From Bacteroidia bacterium (lineage in GTDB: Bacteria; Bacteroidota; Bacteroidia; NS11-12g; UBA9320): a stretch of DNA of 64,000 nucleotides. The translations under genes and the position numbers were made by a program. The notes under the pieces were generated by a model that did not search any database, was not told the DNA's origin, and was given only the letters and a program-made list of their open reading frames with translations. The stretch lies in NCBI GenBank assembly GCA_020053795.1, contig JAGVMN010000007.1, positions 31,248-95,247 of the forward strand, read 5' to 3'. Every line of letters begins with the position of its first letter. Position 1 is the stretch's first letter. Below are positions 46,460-56,709 of the stretch, piece after piece.

Positions 46460-47023
46460 ATGAAATACGCATTTGAGAATCTGGAGGTATGGCAAAAGTC
46501 AAGGGGGTTGGTTAAAAGTGTTTACCAATTAACCGGCACTTTTCCACCCGAAGAGAAATTCGGATTAACAAGTCAACTCAGGCGGGCCAGTATTTGGACC
46601 GTGGCCATCAGACTTCAGGACAAATTGCCTGCCCAAATAATAATGCCCGTGAAAAGATTCAGGATATTTTTCTTCATACCTCTGGTCTATATTGCTTTGA
46701 TCATGTTATTCGCCGGCTATGTCTTTTTTAACGACATTAGCCGTTTTGGCCAGCCCAGTCGAGTGCAACTCGGTGGCCTCATCGGACTCATTTTACCTGT
46801 TCATTTGTTCGCTGTGTTTTGCATTCTGCACACACTCTATTTTGTAGCAAAAAGTCTCAAAACAGCCGAGCAACAAAAGGTAGTAAGAGTGTCAGACTTT
46901 GCTGGTGACTTTGCCCTGCTTTGGCTGTTCCCGATTGGAATATGGTTTATACAGCCAAGAATTAACCAATTGTTCGATCCATCTCTGAACCCATCTGATG
47001 TTACGGATCATATGGTGAATTAA
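46460..47023 (+). CDS. Chimeric ORF: four-helix-bundle (23S rRNA IVP-like) N-terminus fused to a membrane-protein C-terminus
   Basis: FENLEVWQKS...FPPEEKFGLTSQLRRASI (45 aa), then an unrelated hydrophobic region ending LWLFPIGIWFIQPRIN. Confidence 0.65.
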   Translation: MKYAFENLEVWQKSRGLVKSVYQLTGTFPPEEKFGLTSQLRRASIWTVAIRLQDKLPAQIIMPVKRFRIFFFIPLVYIALIMLFAGYVFFNDISRFGQPSRVQLGGLIGLILPVHLFAVFCILHTLYFVAKSLKTAEQQKVVRVSDFAGDFALLWLFPIGIWFIQPRINQLFDPSLNPSDVTDHMVN

Positions 47024-47286
47024 AGTTAAAAGTGAAGAGTTGCTGAGTGCTTTTTTACTTTTAGTTTTTTGATGTGCTGTTGGGTTTACTGGCCTGACAA
47101 TCTACTTCCGATTGTGAATCAATCCGATCAACCGACTTCCCTTTCAAAAGGCATTGAATGAGAATCGTGTCATTTGAGCCTATCAATGCTAATATTGTAT
47201 GGACTTCTAAAAGCAAAACACGACCATAATAAAGAGCTACACTGACTTTGAAAGAAAATTGAATCGCAAACTGGAAGAGAACTAAC

Positions 47287-47781
47287 ATGATCAAACAAAT
47301 TGCTTTTTACTTGTTGTTGGTTGGCTGCAATGCCAATGTTTCAAAACCGAAAGCTCAGGTTGAATTCGCCAAACTACAAGGGGAACTAAAAGTAACAAAA
47401 GTGATAGATGGGGACACTTTTTGGATCATTGACGAAGAATTAAAGAAAGCAAAAATCAGGTTGATAGGGGTAGATGCCCCGGAATCGAGAAACGCTTTTA
47501 AAAAGAAAATCGGCCCATACGGCAAGGAGTCTAAGCAGTACCTGAAAAATTTGATTTTGGACAAAAAGGTAAGATTGGCGTACGATGTTGACAGCACAGA
47601 CCAATATGGCAGAACCTTGGCTTATGTGTATTTGGAGGATGGAACCTTTGTAAATGCAGAACTTGTTAAGAACGGTTATGCTATGCTGATGACCATTCCA
47701 CCCAATGTAAAATTTGCAGATGTGTTTGTGAAACTGCAACAAGAGGCCAGGGAGAACAATAGGGGGCTTTGGAAACAATAG
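47287..47781 (+). CDS. Thermonuclease (SNase) family lipoprotein
   Basis: Lipobox LVGC; VIDGDT, IRLIGVDAPE, DQYGRTLAYV, RGLW. Confidence 0.92.
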   Translation: MIKQIAFYLLLVGCNANVSKPKAQVEFAKLQGELKVTKVIDGDTFWIIDEELKKAKIRLIGVDAPESRNAFKKKIGPYGKESKQYLKNLILDKKVRLAYDVDSTDQYGRTLAYVYLEDGTFVNAELVKNGYAMLMTIPPNVKFADVFVKLQQEARENNRGLWKQ

Positions 47782-47895
47782 GTCTTTGATCAATAACGTC
47801 CAAAACGATTTCTGATGATCATTCAATTATATTGAAGGAATTCGGTTTTGCTGGGATGATTGTCTTTGGGGGGTTATTTTTACTCTTGTTGGTTC

Positions 47896-48020
47896 TTTCA
47901 TTTTTTTGCTTGACCAAAAAAACGAAACAAAAAAAGTCAAGAACGAAAACCAACCTGATTTTTTCTTTAACACATGCCCTCCGCCTCTCAGCCGAAAAAA
48001 TAGGTTCGCACTTTTCGTTC
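47896..48020. other. Structured intergenic element (pseudoknot-like plus long hairpin)
   Basis: Stem 47896-47908/47915-47927 whose loop CTTGAC is complementary to GTCAAG (47936-47941); then stems GAACGAAAA/TTTTCGTTC and AACCTGATTTTTTC/GAAAAAATAGGTT. Confidence 0.5.
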
Positions 48021-48106
48021 ACACCAAATCCGCACCGCTTATCACCGATGATTTACGGAAAATAATTTGGAAACTACTGGTCATTGATTATCATCGGAGG
48101 TCTATG

Positions 48107-49733
48107 TCAGCCTTTTTGTATTTCCTTTATTCTTTCATGAATCCACTCCAACTTGTCAAGCACTTGAGTAACCATCAAATCTATAATCGTTTGCACATCG
48201 GCTCCTGTGATGGGTTGATGATACATTTTTTTCAGGTAGGGAATTTGTCCGTTATAATGGCTCAATACAAATCCGTACCAGTGAGCATCCTGGATAAAAC
48301 TGAGATTGAGATTTAGATCAAAATTCTCGGTTCCGGCTTTTTTGAACCCTCTCAATTGATAGTTAAAATTCAATTCCTTCAAGCCTCTTAGGTTGTCCTC
48401 GATTACCCAAAATGCATGTACATCGTCAATATGGTTAACTATTTGTCCATTGAGGTTCCAACTTTTTGTTTCCGTCAAATATGCTTCGTGAAATTCCTCA
48501 TGGAGTTTGTGAAGAATTTTCTGATAGAGAGGTGCGAGTCCTTCATTAAACAGATTCTGCAAGATTTGATAGGTTGCAGGCGTTCTCAATTCGTCTGCTT
48601 CTATGCTTTTAAGTTTGTCTTTTATTGCTTTCAGTCGTGCATCTACCGGGTTTTGATTTTCTTTAAACTCCTCATCCATTCTTTGCTCGATTTCCTCAAT
48701 ACTTGGTAGTTCCCCCTTAATGTCTTCAGGGAGTATTTGTGCAATGTTATATTGAGCAATGCCTATGGGTTTGCTGGTATCCCTTAGAGCATATTCCGCC
48801 ACAATCCTGTTATTGGTTTTACAAAGGATTAGTCCAATGGAAGTCTCATCACCTTCTCCTTTTAAGGTATCATCTGCCAAACCAAGATAAAGGTTCATTT
48901 TACTTACAAACTCGGCCTCAAATTCGCCGATCTTAAGATCAATGATAATGTATCGGTGCAGTTTGGTATGGTAAAATAAAAGATCGATGAAAAACTCTTT
49001 GCCTCCGGCTTCAAACTTTTTTTATCTGCCCATAAATGCAAATCCTTCTCCCAATTCAAGCAGTAATTTGGTTATTTGGGTCATCAAGGCATTCTCCAAG
49101 TCCCTTTCTTTGGCTTCTTCACTAAGCATGATAAAGTCCAGGTGATATGGGTCTTTAAAGTTGGACTGCAAATTCGGATTCATATTTGGGTAGTGTTACT
49201 TCAAAGTTGTTGGTGAGTGCCCCCTGTCGTTTGTGCAATTGGCTTTCAATCTGGTTTAGCAGCATATCTCTGGACCAACCGTTTTGAACTGCTTTTTGTG
49301 CATAAAAAAGCCTTTTATCCGTCTCTTTGAGTTTATCCAGCAATACGCAATTTTGGCCCCATGGTAATTGTGCAACAAGCCGTTGCATTAATTTAAGTTC
49401 TTCATTTTCAATACCTGGTAATTGTGCAACAGCTTGTTGCACAATTGTAAAATCAGGATATACCTCAGCAAAAGCCCTCATGTATTTGATATTTCTTAAG
49501 GATAGGCCTTTCATATCGGGAAACTCTGATTTTAGGTCAGCAGCCAACCTATCAATGACCTTGGCTCCCCAACCCTCATTCTTTTGCTGTCGCAAAATTG
49601 TATCACCAATTTCCCAATATACCTGCAACAGTTCTTTGTTCACAGCAAGCGTAGCCTTCAGTCTTGCCTGCTGTATTCTGAGTTTCAGACTTTGTAAAAC
49701 TTCTCCGTAATTCTTACCTAATTCAGAAATCAT
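48107..49733 (-). pseudogene. PDDEXK nuclease DUF1016/YhcG family, disrupted
   Basis: N-part WGAKVIDRLA.DL; frameshift at about 49155 before KDPYHLDF; in-frame TAA at 49022-49024 (MGR*KK); then IDLLFYH...DLK...KMNLYL...IGLILC. Confidence 0.85.
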
Positions 49734-49839
49734 AATCGATTTTTAAAGTAGTCAAAGATAGGATTTTCAGGATATCAATTAAATCAAAATCTCCTTCTGG
49801 TAGGCAGCTTGTTTGTTTCCGATAAGTAACAATGCCCCT

Positions 49840-50982
49840 CTAAACCGCCAAACTATTTTGAAGAATTTGCCGCAGTTTCCCAACCGCGTAATCAATTTCT
49901 TTTGTTGTATTGGTTTTGTTAAAGGAGAATCGAAGGGCCACTCTGTCATCCGGCACTTTCAAAGCTTCTAACACATGAGAACCTTTGGCCGCACCACTGT
50001 TGCATGCCGATCCTCCGGAAACACAAACGCCTTCTAAATCAAGCATAAAAAGCAACATTTCATTCAAATCATTTGGTGGGATTGAAACACTCAATACGGT
50101 GTAAAGACTTTTTTCCGGAATGATGTTTCCATTGAAAGAAATATCGGAAATATTCTTCTGCACTTGTTCAATGAGGTAATTCTTAAGAAACTGAATTTTT
50201 GCGTGATCATCGGCCATGTTTCGGTTGGCAATTTCCATGGCCTTTGCCAAACCGACTATTCCATAAATGTTCTCCGTTCCTGCCCGGGTATTTCGCTCCT
50301 GACCACCACCCGTAATTATGGCGTGAATTTTCAGATGGTTGGCCATAAACAAAAAACCTGTTCCCTTGGGGCCATTAAATTTATGGGCCGAACAGGACAA
50401 AAAATCTATTCCAAACGTTTTAACATCAATATTGAGATGCCCCATCGTTTGTACGGTATCAGAATGAAAAAGGCATTTATGGCTCTTCGAAATAATCCCG
50501 ATTTTTTCCAGATCATTCAAAGTCCCGATTTCGTTGTTGGCATGCATCAGGCTGATCAGACTTCCCGGGTTTGCTGTTGCCAGGTCGTCCAGATGCAACA
50601 GATTAACACTACCGTCGGGATTCAAATCTACCATGAGACATTTAACCGAACCCTGTTTTTCCAGTTCTTTAGCGGTTTCTAAAACTGCCTTGTGTTCTAT
50701 AGGTGAGGTGATAATGGTCTTCACACCCAGGTCTTTAACCGCACACCTGACGGCCATATTGTCGGCCTCGGTTCCGCCACTGGTAAAGTATATTTCCGAA
50801 GCTTTGGCGTTGATGAAACCTGCCACCTGTTTTCGGCAATTTTCTATGACTCCCTTTGCAGCCCTTCCAAGTGAATGACTGGCCGATGGATTCCCATAGA
50901 CCTCACGCATGGTTGTGGTCATGGCCATGATCACCTCTTCTTCCATAGGTGCAGTGGCGGCGTTGTCGAAGTACACTCTCAT
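49840..50982 (-). CDS. Cysteine desulfurase (IscS/NifS family)
   Basis: YFDNAAT, FTSGGTE, SAHKFNGPKG, SGGSAC. Confidence 0.92.
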   Translation of the reverse strand: MRVYFDNAATAPMEEEVIMAMTTTMREVYGNPSASHSLGRAAKGVIENCRKQVAGFINAKASEIYFTSGGTEADNMAVRCAVKDLGVKTIITSPIEHKAVLETAKELEKQGSVKCLMVDLNPDGSVNLLHLDDLATANPGSLISLMHANNEIGTLNDLEKIGIISKSHKCLFHSDTVQTMGHLNIDVKTFGIDFLSCSAHKFNGPKGTGFLFMANHLKIHAIITGGGQERNTRAGTENIYGIVGLAKAMEIANRNMADDHAKIQFLKNYLIEQVQKNISDISFNGNIIPEKSLYTVLSVSIPPNDLNEMLLFMLDLEGVCVSGGSACNSGAAKGSHVLEALKVPDDRVALRFSFNKTNTTKEIDYAVGKLRQILQNSLAV

Positions 50983-50998
50983 TTGAATATGATCCGAG

Positions 50999-51913
50999 TC
51001 AATTGAAACAATATTTTTTTCGAAATGTAGGATTCAGGCTAAGGTAACCCAACATCCGGTAGAGTAATTTGGCCAGTGTAAACTCTGAAATAATGCCATC
51101 AGGTTTTGGGGCAACTTCTACGATGTCGAAACCAACCACCTCTTTTTGCAGACAAACTTTTTTCAGCAATTCCTGCGTCTCGAACCAAAGAAGTCCGCCC
51201 GGTTCAGGGGTTCCCACGTTCGGTATAACAGACGGATCAAACCCGTCAGCATCAATGGTGATGTAAACTTTGTTACCGAGGGTTTTGACTATCTGATCTT
51301 GCCAATTGGGGTTTGAGCGAATTTGATGGGCATACCATGTATGGATATTAGATGAAGTTTTTATCAGTTCTGATTCTTCTATGCATTGTGCCCTGATTCC
51401 GGCCTGGCAAATCAGTGGCTTGTGATCATTGATTCTGGCCATAACCGAGGCATGAGAATATGGGTTGCCTTTATATGAAGCTCTAAGATCGCTATGTGCA
51501 TCTATTTGAAGAACTGATATATCCGGATATTTTTCATAAAATGCCTTAAAGAAACCATAGGTAACGGTGTGTTCGGCCCCAATTGATATGACAAATTTTT
51601 CATTGTCAATATGGGTTCGGGTCTCGCGTTCAATCAGGTCAATCGCGGCTTTATCAAAAACACCTTCAAAGCCAATGGGTTCAAGCGTACAAATACCGGT
51701 GCGTTTATAGGTTTCCTGATCCAGTTCTTCGTCATAAAACTCAACATAATGGGAGGATTCTAAAATGGCTTCCGGTCCTTTTTCAGAACCCATTGCATAG
51801 GACGATGTATGCTCGTAAGGAACACTTTGAATGACGACTTTACTGCCGGAATAACTATGCAGTTCAGGTTCTGTTATTCCGAGAAAATTGGATTCTGACT
51901 TAAGGAAATTCAT
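50999..51913 (-). CDS. speB: Agmatinase (ureohydrolase family)
   Basis: GAEHT, DAHSD, DADGFDPS, GTPEPGG. Confidence 0.85.
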   Translation of the reverse strand: MNFLKSESNFLGITEPELHSYSGSKVVIQSVPYEHTSSYAMGSEKGPEAILESSHYVEFYDEELDQETYKRTGICTLEPIGFEGVFDKAAIDLIERETRTHIDNEKFVISIGAEHTVTYGFFKAFYEKYPDISVLQIDAHSDLRASYKGNPYSHASVMARINDHKPLICQAGIRAQCIEESELIKTSSNIHTWYAHQIRSNPNWQDQIVKTLGNKVYITIDADGFDPSVIPNVGTPEPGGLLWFETQELLKKVCLQKEVVGFDIVEVAPKPDGIISEFTLAKLLYRMLGYLSLNPTFRKKYCFN

Positions 51914-52091
51914 CTTTAAAGCTTGTTAAGACTATTTAGAAGTAGGTTGAATGCTTATTTAAAGCATCCGCCAGGTTTTTCTATTTGGAGTTAAATATAT
52001 TGCGGTATTAATCCCTTCTAAAATCATAATTCGTTGATCATTATTCGTAATTCGTTTTTCTATTTAATCAGTTTTCAGAAATGAATTAGCG

Positions 52092-52655
52092 TCAAGACTT
52101 CACCCTTTCAACATACTCACCCGTGCGGGTATCAACTCTGATTTTTTCTCCCTGCTCCACAAAAAGTGGAATCATCAGCGTAGCCCCTCCTTCTAAAGTG
52201 GCGGGTTTAAGCGGACTGTTGGCAGTGTCCCCTTTTACTCCCGGTTCCGAATAAACAACCTCTAAAACTACATGAGTTGGTATTTGAACACTCACCGGAT
52301 TTTCGCTTTCGAGCGAAATCAAAACAGCCATGCCTTCCTGTAAAAACTTAATTTGCTCTCCAAACAAAATTCGAGGTACGTTGATTTGTTCATAGGTTTC
52401 ATTGTCCATACACACATAGCTGTTTCCATCCTGATAGAGGTATTGGTATTCCTTCACCTCAACTCTCAATATTTCTACATCTTCGTCTGGAGAGAAACGG
52501 TACTCGGCCAGTTTGCCGGTTTTCAAAATCCGAAACTTGCCCTGATAAAAAGCTCTCAGGTTTCCTGGAGTGCGGTGCTGAAATTCTATGACCTGTGCCA
52601 GTTCTCCATTCCATTTGATGAAATTACCTACCGAAACCTGTGATGCTTTCGCCAT
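52092..52655 (-). CDS. efp: Elongation factor P (TPGNLR loop variant)
   Basis: YQYLY.DG, PGVKGDTA, KPATLE.G, VDTRTGEYVER; start at MAKASQ downstream of a TATCTTTG -7 element (52671-52678). Confidence 0.92.
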   Translation of the reverse strand: MAKASQVSVGNFIKWNGELAQVIEFQHRTPGNLRAFYQGKFRILKTGKLAEYRFSPDEDVEILRVEVKEYQYLYQDGNSYVCMDNETYEQINVPRILFGEQIKFLQEGMAVLISLESENPVSVQIPTHVVLEVVYSEPGVKGDTANSPLKPATLEGGATLMIPLFVEQGEKIRVDTRTGEYVERVKS

Positions 52656-53079
52656 GCTGTTTAATTTTGGCAAAGATAGGTTTGAAACCGAAAATTCTAA
52701 TTTCTAATTGATCAAATTTCCAATGTGGTTCCAAAATAGTGTTCTTAACAAAATGCTCATTCATTGAGGTGTGTTTGGTCATGATTATTCTTTTATTGCC
52801 TAAAACTTCATATACAGATTCATATTCGACACCATCGTGCGAGGGGTCTGGCTCCGATAGCGTAAAGATGTTAGAAATGGCATAGAATTCATTTTTAATA
52901 TTGGCAATAAACACCAGCATTTTTCAAAGTCTTTTATTCTGACTAATAATGTCCGCATATCCTTAAAATTATTACTTCGCAGAGGCTGCAGCGTGAGGTT
53001 ATTGGTTTGAAGAATAAGGACCTATGAACCGGATAAATTTTATCTACCCATTCCGCTACAAGCTAAAGATAATCAAAGA

Positions 53080-53530
53080 GCAACGTTATGTTACTGTCAT
53101 GGCTGAGTCAACCCATTAGAAGATTTAAACACCTGAAAACAAAGCCGACAAATCCGAAACTTTAAATCCGATACCTGTCGGATGAAGGTTTTGGACAATC
53201 ACTACTCAGGTGTAATCAACAAGACAATTACCAAGAAAATGGATTAAGCATGTATTGTTTTCAACGACAGAAGCACCGGCTATTTGGACATTGCAGAACT
53301 TACAGAAGTGCATATCACAGAGAAATAAACTGCCGCAACTGCTAAAACAACATTGCAGTGGGTTCACATGGCCATCAGCCATGCAAAAAGAACACTGCCG
53401 GGCATCACAAAATCAAAGGCCGTTATTTACAGTCATACCTGAATGAATACTGCTATAAAATCAACCGAAGATATTTTAAAAAACACCTCTTTGATGGCCT
53501 AACTTTGGCCTCGCTATTATCTACCGGTAA
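53080..53530 (+). pseudogene. IS1595-family (ISXO2-like) transposase remnant
   Basis: Frameshifted fragments VMAEST, STGYLDIA, TTLQWVHMAISHAKRTL, HKIKGRYLQSYLNEYCYKINRRYF. Confidence 0.75.
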
Positions 53531-53703
53531 ACTAAAGGAAATACGGTCAATTAATGGTTGCAAACCAAACGAAATACGAATTCTTTTTGCAGGAGTACTT
53601 GAATTTCCCGCTCATGTTTCAAAAATAATTAATATTTTAAGCGTGTGAAAAACCCAGCACTTGACCAACAGTTTAATGGACGATGAATTGGTGTACAACA
53701 TTT

Positions 53704-54387
53704 TTAATCCAGGCTAATATATTTCAAAAACTCAGCTCTGGTGGCTTCATTCAGGAATTGACCGTGAATGGAGGCAGTGATGGTTGAACAGTTTACATCT
53801 TCAACCCCGCGAGAAGCTACGCACATGTGAACAGCATCTATGACAACAGCAACATCTTTGGTTTTTAATGCCTTTTTCAATTCTTCAGAAATCTGTCTTG
53901 TCAACCTTTCCTGAACCTGTGGTCTCTTGCAATAGTATTTGACTATCCTGTTAATCTTAGAAAGACCTATTACTTCACCGTTGGAGATGTAAGCCACATG
54001 AGCTTTTCCTATTATTGGCACTAAATGATGCTCGCAAATTGAATACACATTAATGTTCTTTTCTACCAACATTTGGTTGTAGCGATATTTGTTTTCGAAC
54101 AGGGTTATTTTAGGTTTATTGGCCGGGTTCAAACCTGAAAATATTTCTTTGACATACATCTTTGCTACCCGATGTGGTGTACGTTTCAAGCTGTCATCCG
54201 TCAAATCGAGACCAAGAATGTCTAAGATTTGTTCGAAATGAACAGCAATTTTGGCTATCTTTTCATCATCCGGTAGCTCAAAGGCATCGCTCCTAATGGG
54301 TGTCTCCACAGCACTTGTTATATGATCTTCACCCAAGAAATCAAGCTCATTTTCCAGAGTATTCAACAAAGTTTTTTTCGGTTTCAT
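53704..54387 (-). CDS. folE: GTP cyclohydrolase I
   Basis: TPHRVAKMY, CEHHLVP, GLSK, PQVQERLT, HMCVASRG. Confidence 0.95.
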   Translation of the reverse strand: MKPKKTLLNTLENELDFLGEDHITSAVETPIRSDAFELPDDEKIAKIAVHFEQILDILGLDLTDDSLKRTPHRVAKMYVKEIFSGLNPANKPKITLFENKYRYNQMLVEKNINVYSICEHHLVPIIGKAHVAYISNGEVIGLSKINRIVKYYCKRPQVQERLTRQISEELKKALKTKDVAVVIDAVHMCVASRGVEDVNCSTITASIHGQFLNEATRAEFLKYISLD

Positions 54388-54757
54388 ATAAGGTTATAGA
54401 GAGGGCAAATTTCAATTCTATTTTTTCGCGGAGGATATTCCAAATTACAAATGCAATATTCTCTACCGTGGTATTCAGGTTTTTGAACTCAACAATATCG
54501 AGATTTAGATTTCGGTGATCAAACCTGTCAGTGACATTGGTTCTTACAATGGTTTTCAAAGATTTCAAATCCAAAAGAAATCCTGTTTCATGGTCCACCT
54601 CTCCGGTTATTTTTACAATCAGTTCATAGTTGTGTCCATGATAATTCCGGTTGTTACATAGGCCAAAAATGGCTTTGTTCTTTGCATCATCCCAATTAGG
54701 ATTGTGCAAACGATGTGCTGCGTTAAAATATTCTTTTCTAGATACCGAAATTATCAT
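54347..54757 (-). CDS. queD: 6-carboxytetrahydropterin synthase / PTPS family
   Basis: AAHRL, CNN..YHGHNY, DHRNLN, TVEN, ETEKN. Confidence 0.85.
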   Translation of the reverse strand: MIISVSRKEYFNAAHRLHNPNWDDAKNKAIFGLCNNRNYHGHNYELIVKITGEVDHETGFLLDLKSLKTIVRTNVTDRFDHRNLNLDIVEFKNLNTTVENIAFVIWNILREKIELKFALSITLYETEKNFVEYSGK

Positions 54758-55176
54758 TCAGGAAGCAAAAATCAAACCTACGATTTTTTTTGAAAGCAAC
54801 AGTTCAATTTTACAATGGTTCATTTGAATTTCGGACAAAAGACGTTTATAAATAAACTGACAATTGGCAACTGTATGCAACGAATGTTCATCCATTTGGC
54901 ATCTATGATTCAACAAATTTATATTGAATTGTCTGATTTAGGTCAGATTTTACTGACAGAAGAAATAATAAGTTTCGATAAATGGTTGATACCAAAGGAT
55001 TGATTAAAAGAATAAAGCGGCATTATTGACAAATAGGAAATTGATATGACAAAAGTCTTATTTTATACCAAAATAGAAACCTAATTTTGTTGAACAAAAA
55101 TAAGAAAAGGATAAACGAGAAAGCAGTTATCCTTATAGAGTAAAAACAAAAGCAACTATATTTAAAACAAGAAACC

Positions 55177-55719
55177 ATGACACTACCTGAATTCAATCAC
55201 AAAGTAACCCGAGAGGCAAAACCCTTGAGGCACTATGCTATGCAACTGACAAAAAATGAAGAAGATGCAAACGATCTGGTGCAAGAGACCATGTTAAAGG
55301 CTTTTACTTATCAGAGTAAGTTTAGAGAGGGTACTAACCTGAAGGGTTGGTTATATACGATAATGAAGAACAGCTTCATCAATAATTATCGCCGAATTTC
55401 GAGAAGAAACACCTTTATTGATACCACTGAAAACACCTTTTATATAGACTCAAAGGATTTGGTAACCGAAAATCAGGGCGAGATAAAGTTTTTGAGAAAG
55501 GATTTGGAAGCTGCCATTGATTTGTTGCAGCCTGACCTTAAAATAACTTTCAATCTTAATATGTTGGGCTATAAATATCATGAGATAGCTGAGGAGTTGC
55601 ATATTCCGATTGGTACAGTCAAAACAAGAATATTTGTTGCCAGGCGAAAACTTAGGGATCGCCTGAAGTCTTATGCCGAGTTTTACGGACTCAGCAATAA
55701 AGTAACAGACGAGGATTAA
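55177..55719 (+). CDS. ECF-type RNA polymerase sigma-70 factor
   Basis: DANDLVQET, WLYTIMKN, Y.EIAEEL.IPIGTVKTRI; TAATTTTG at 55082-55089. Confidence 0.92.
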   Translation: MTLPEFNHKVTREAKPLRHYAMQLTKNEEDANDLVQETMLKAFTYQSKFREGTNLKGWLYTIMKNSFINNYRRISRRNTFIDTTENTFYIDSKDLVTENQGEIKFLRKDLEAAIDLLQPDLKITFNLNMLGYKYHEIAEELHIPIGTVKTRIFVARRKLRDRLKSYAEFYGLSNKVTDED

Positions 55720-55750
55720 TAAATTGTAGCCAACAAGTCGGTACGGTGAA

Positions 55751-56643
55751 CAGGGCAACAAGCATTAAAAATTGCACAAAAAATGCAACACATTAAAGGG
55801 GAGTGTAGGTAAACTCTAAACATTGGCATTAGCACTCAGGGAAAAATAGTAAGTATAGACAGTAAGACTGTTCGGGGTTCCAAAGATGAAGGCCATGGAA
55901 AATATGCCATTCACCTGGACAGGATCTGGTGCTATTTCAATAGCATTACCTTAGTACAAATCAAAAAAGAAAGCAAGTCAAATGAAATACTAGCGGGAAA
56001 GGAATTATTAGATGATTGTCTGTGGATGATGCGATAATCACAGCAGATGCAATAAGTTGCCAAAGAAAAATTGCAGCACAGATTATAGACAGAAATCCAG
56101 ATTACATTTTAGCCGTCAATGAAAATCGGCCTGGCCTTCCGGAAGAAATAGAAGACCTTTTCAAATACCTGAGTTCAGAACAGACATTTACCCAAATTCA
56201 GGAAGAACATGGGAGAAAGAAACCCGCGATCAGTATTATTATCAATAAGCTCGAGGAACTTCATAAAAAGGAGGACTTGAAGAATATGAAGACCATTATA
56301 AAAATTGATGTTACCAGAGTAATTAAAGAGAAAAAAACTCATCATACCCGATACTACTTATCCGGTTGCAAGCAAACTCCCGAAACCTTTAATACTGATA
56401 ACAAAACCCATAGGTCAATTGAAAACTCTTGTCACCTGGTATTGGATGCACTGTTCAATGAGGACAAAAGTCGAAAACGAAAAGACGAAGCAGATGAAAA
56501 CATTGCTGTCATTCGAAAAATAGCGTTGAATCTTCTTAAGAACAAGCCATACAAACGCTTTGGAGTTTAGAACAAATGACTTTTCAGCTTCTTGAAATCA
56601 TGATTTCCTTCTTTCCCTAATAATTTAATCGCGTGTTGCCCTG
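55751..56643 (+). mobile_element. ISAs1-family insertion sequence, internally deleted and decayed
   Basis: Terminal IRs CAGGGCAACAAGCATTAA / TTAATCGCGTGTTGCCCTG; transposase fragments SIDSKTVRGS, KSNEI, ITADAISCQ, HRSIEN..H.VLD..F.ED. Confidence 0.85.
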
Positions 56644-56684
56644 TTATCGTGAAGCGGTGATTCATTATTGAAAGGAAAATAGAC

Positions 56685-56692
56685 TACTTTTG
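56685..56692 (+). promoter_or_regulatory. -7 promoter element of nusB
   Basis: TACTTTTG with an upstream TTG near 56668. Confidence 0.6.
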
Positions 56693-56709
56693 CGGCCTTC
56701 AAATAAAAC

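Noticed and set aside
46460..46594. DGR accessory (Avd) gene or 23S rRNA intervening sequence
   Set aside because: The fold family is shared, but no reverse transcriptase, TR/VR pair or rRNA is present in the window.
47061..48316. Short ORFs at 47061, 47819, 47832 and 47906
   Set aside because: Low-complexity translations over the structured element or antisense to real genes; a decayed gene near 47050-47280 cannot be excluded.
52624..52920. 98-aa ORF upstream of efp
   Set aside because: Overlaps the efp promoter and start, with no recognisable motif; at most a gene fragment.
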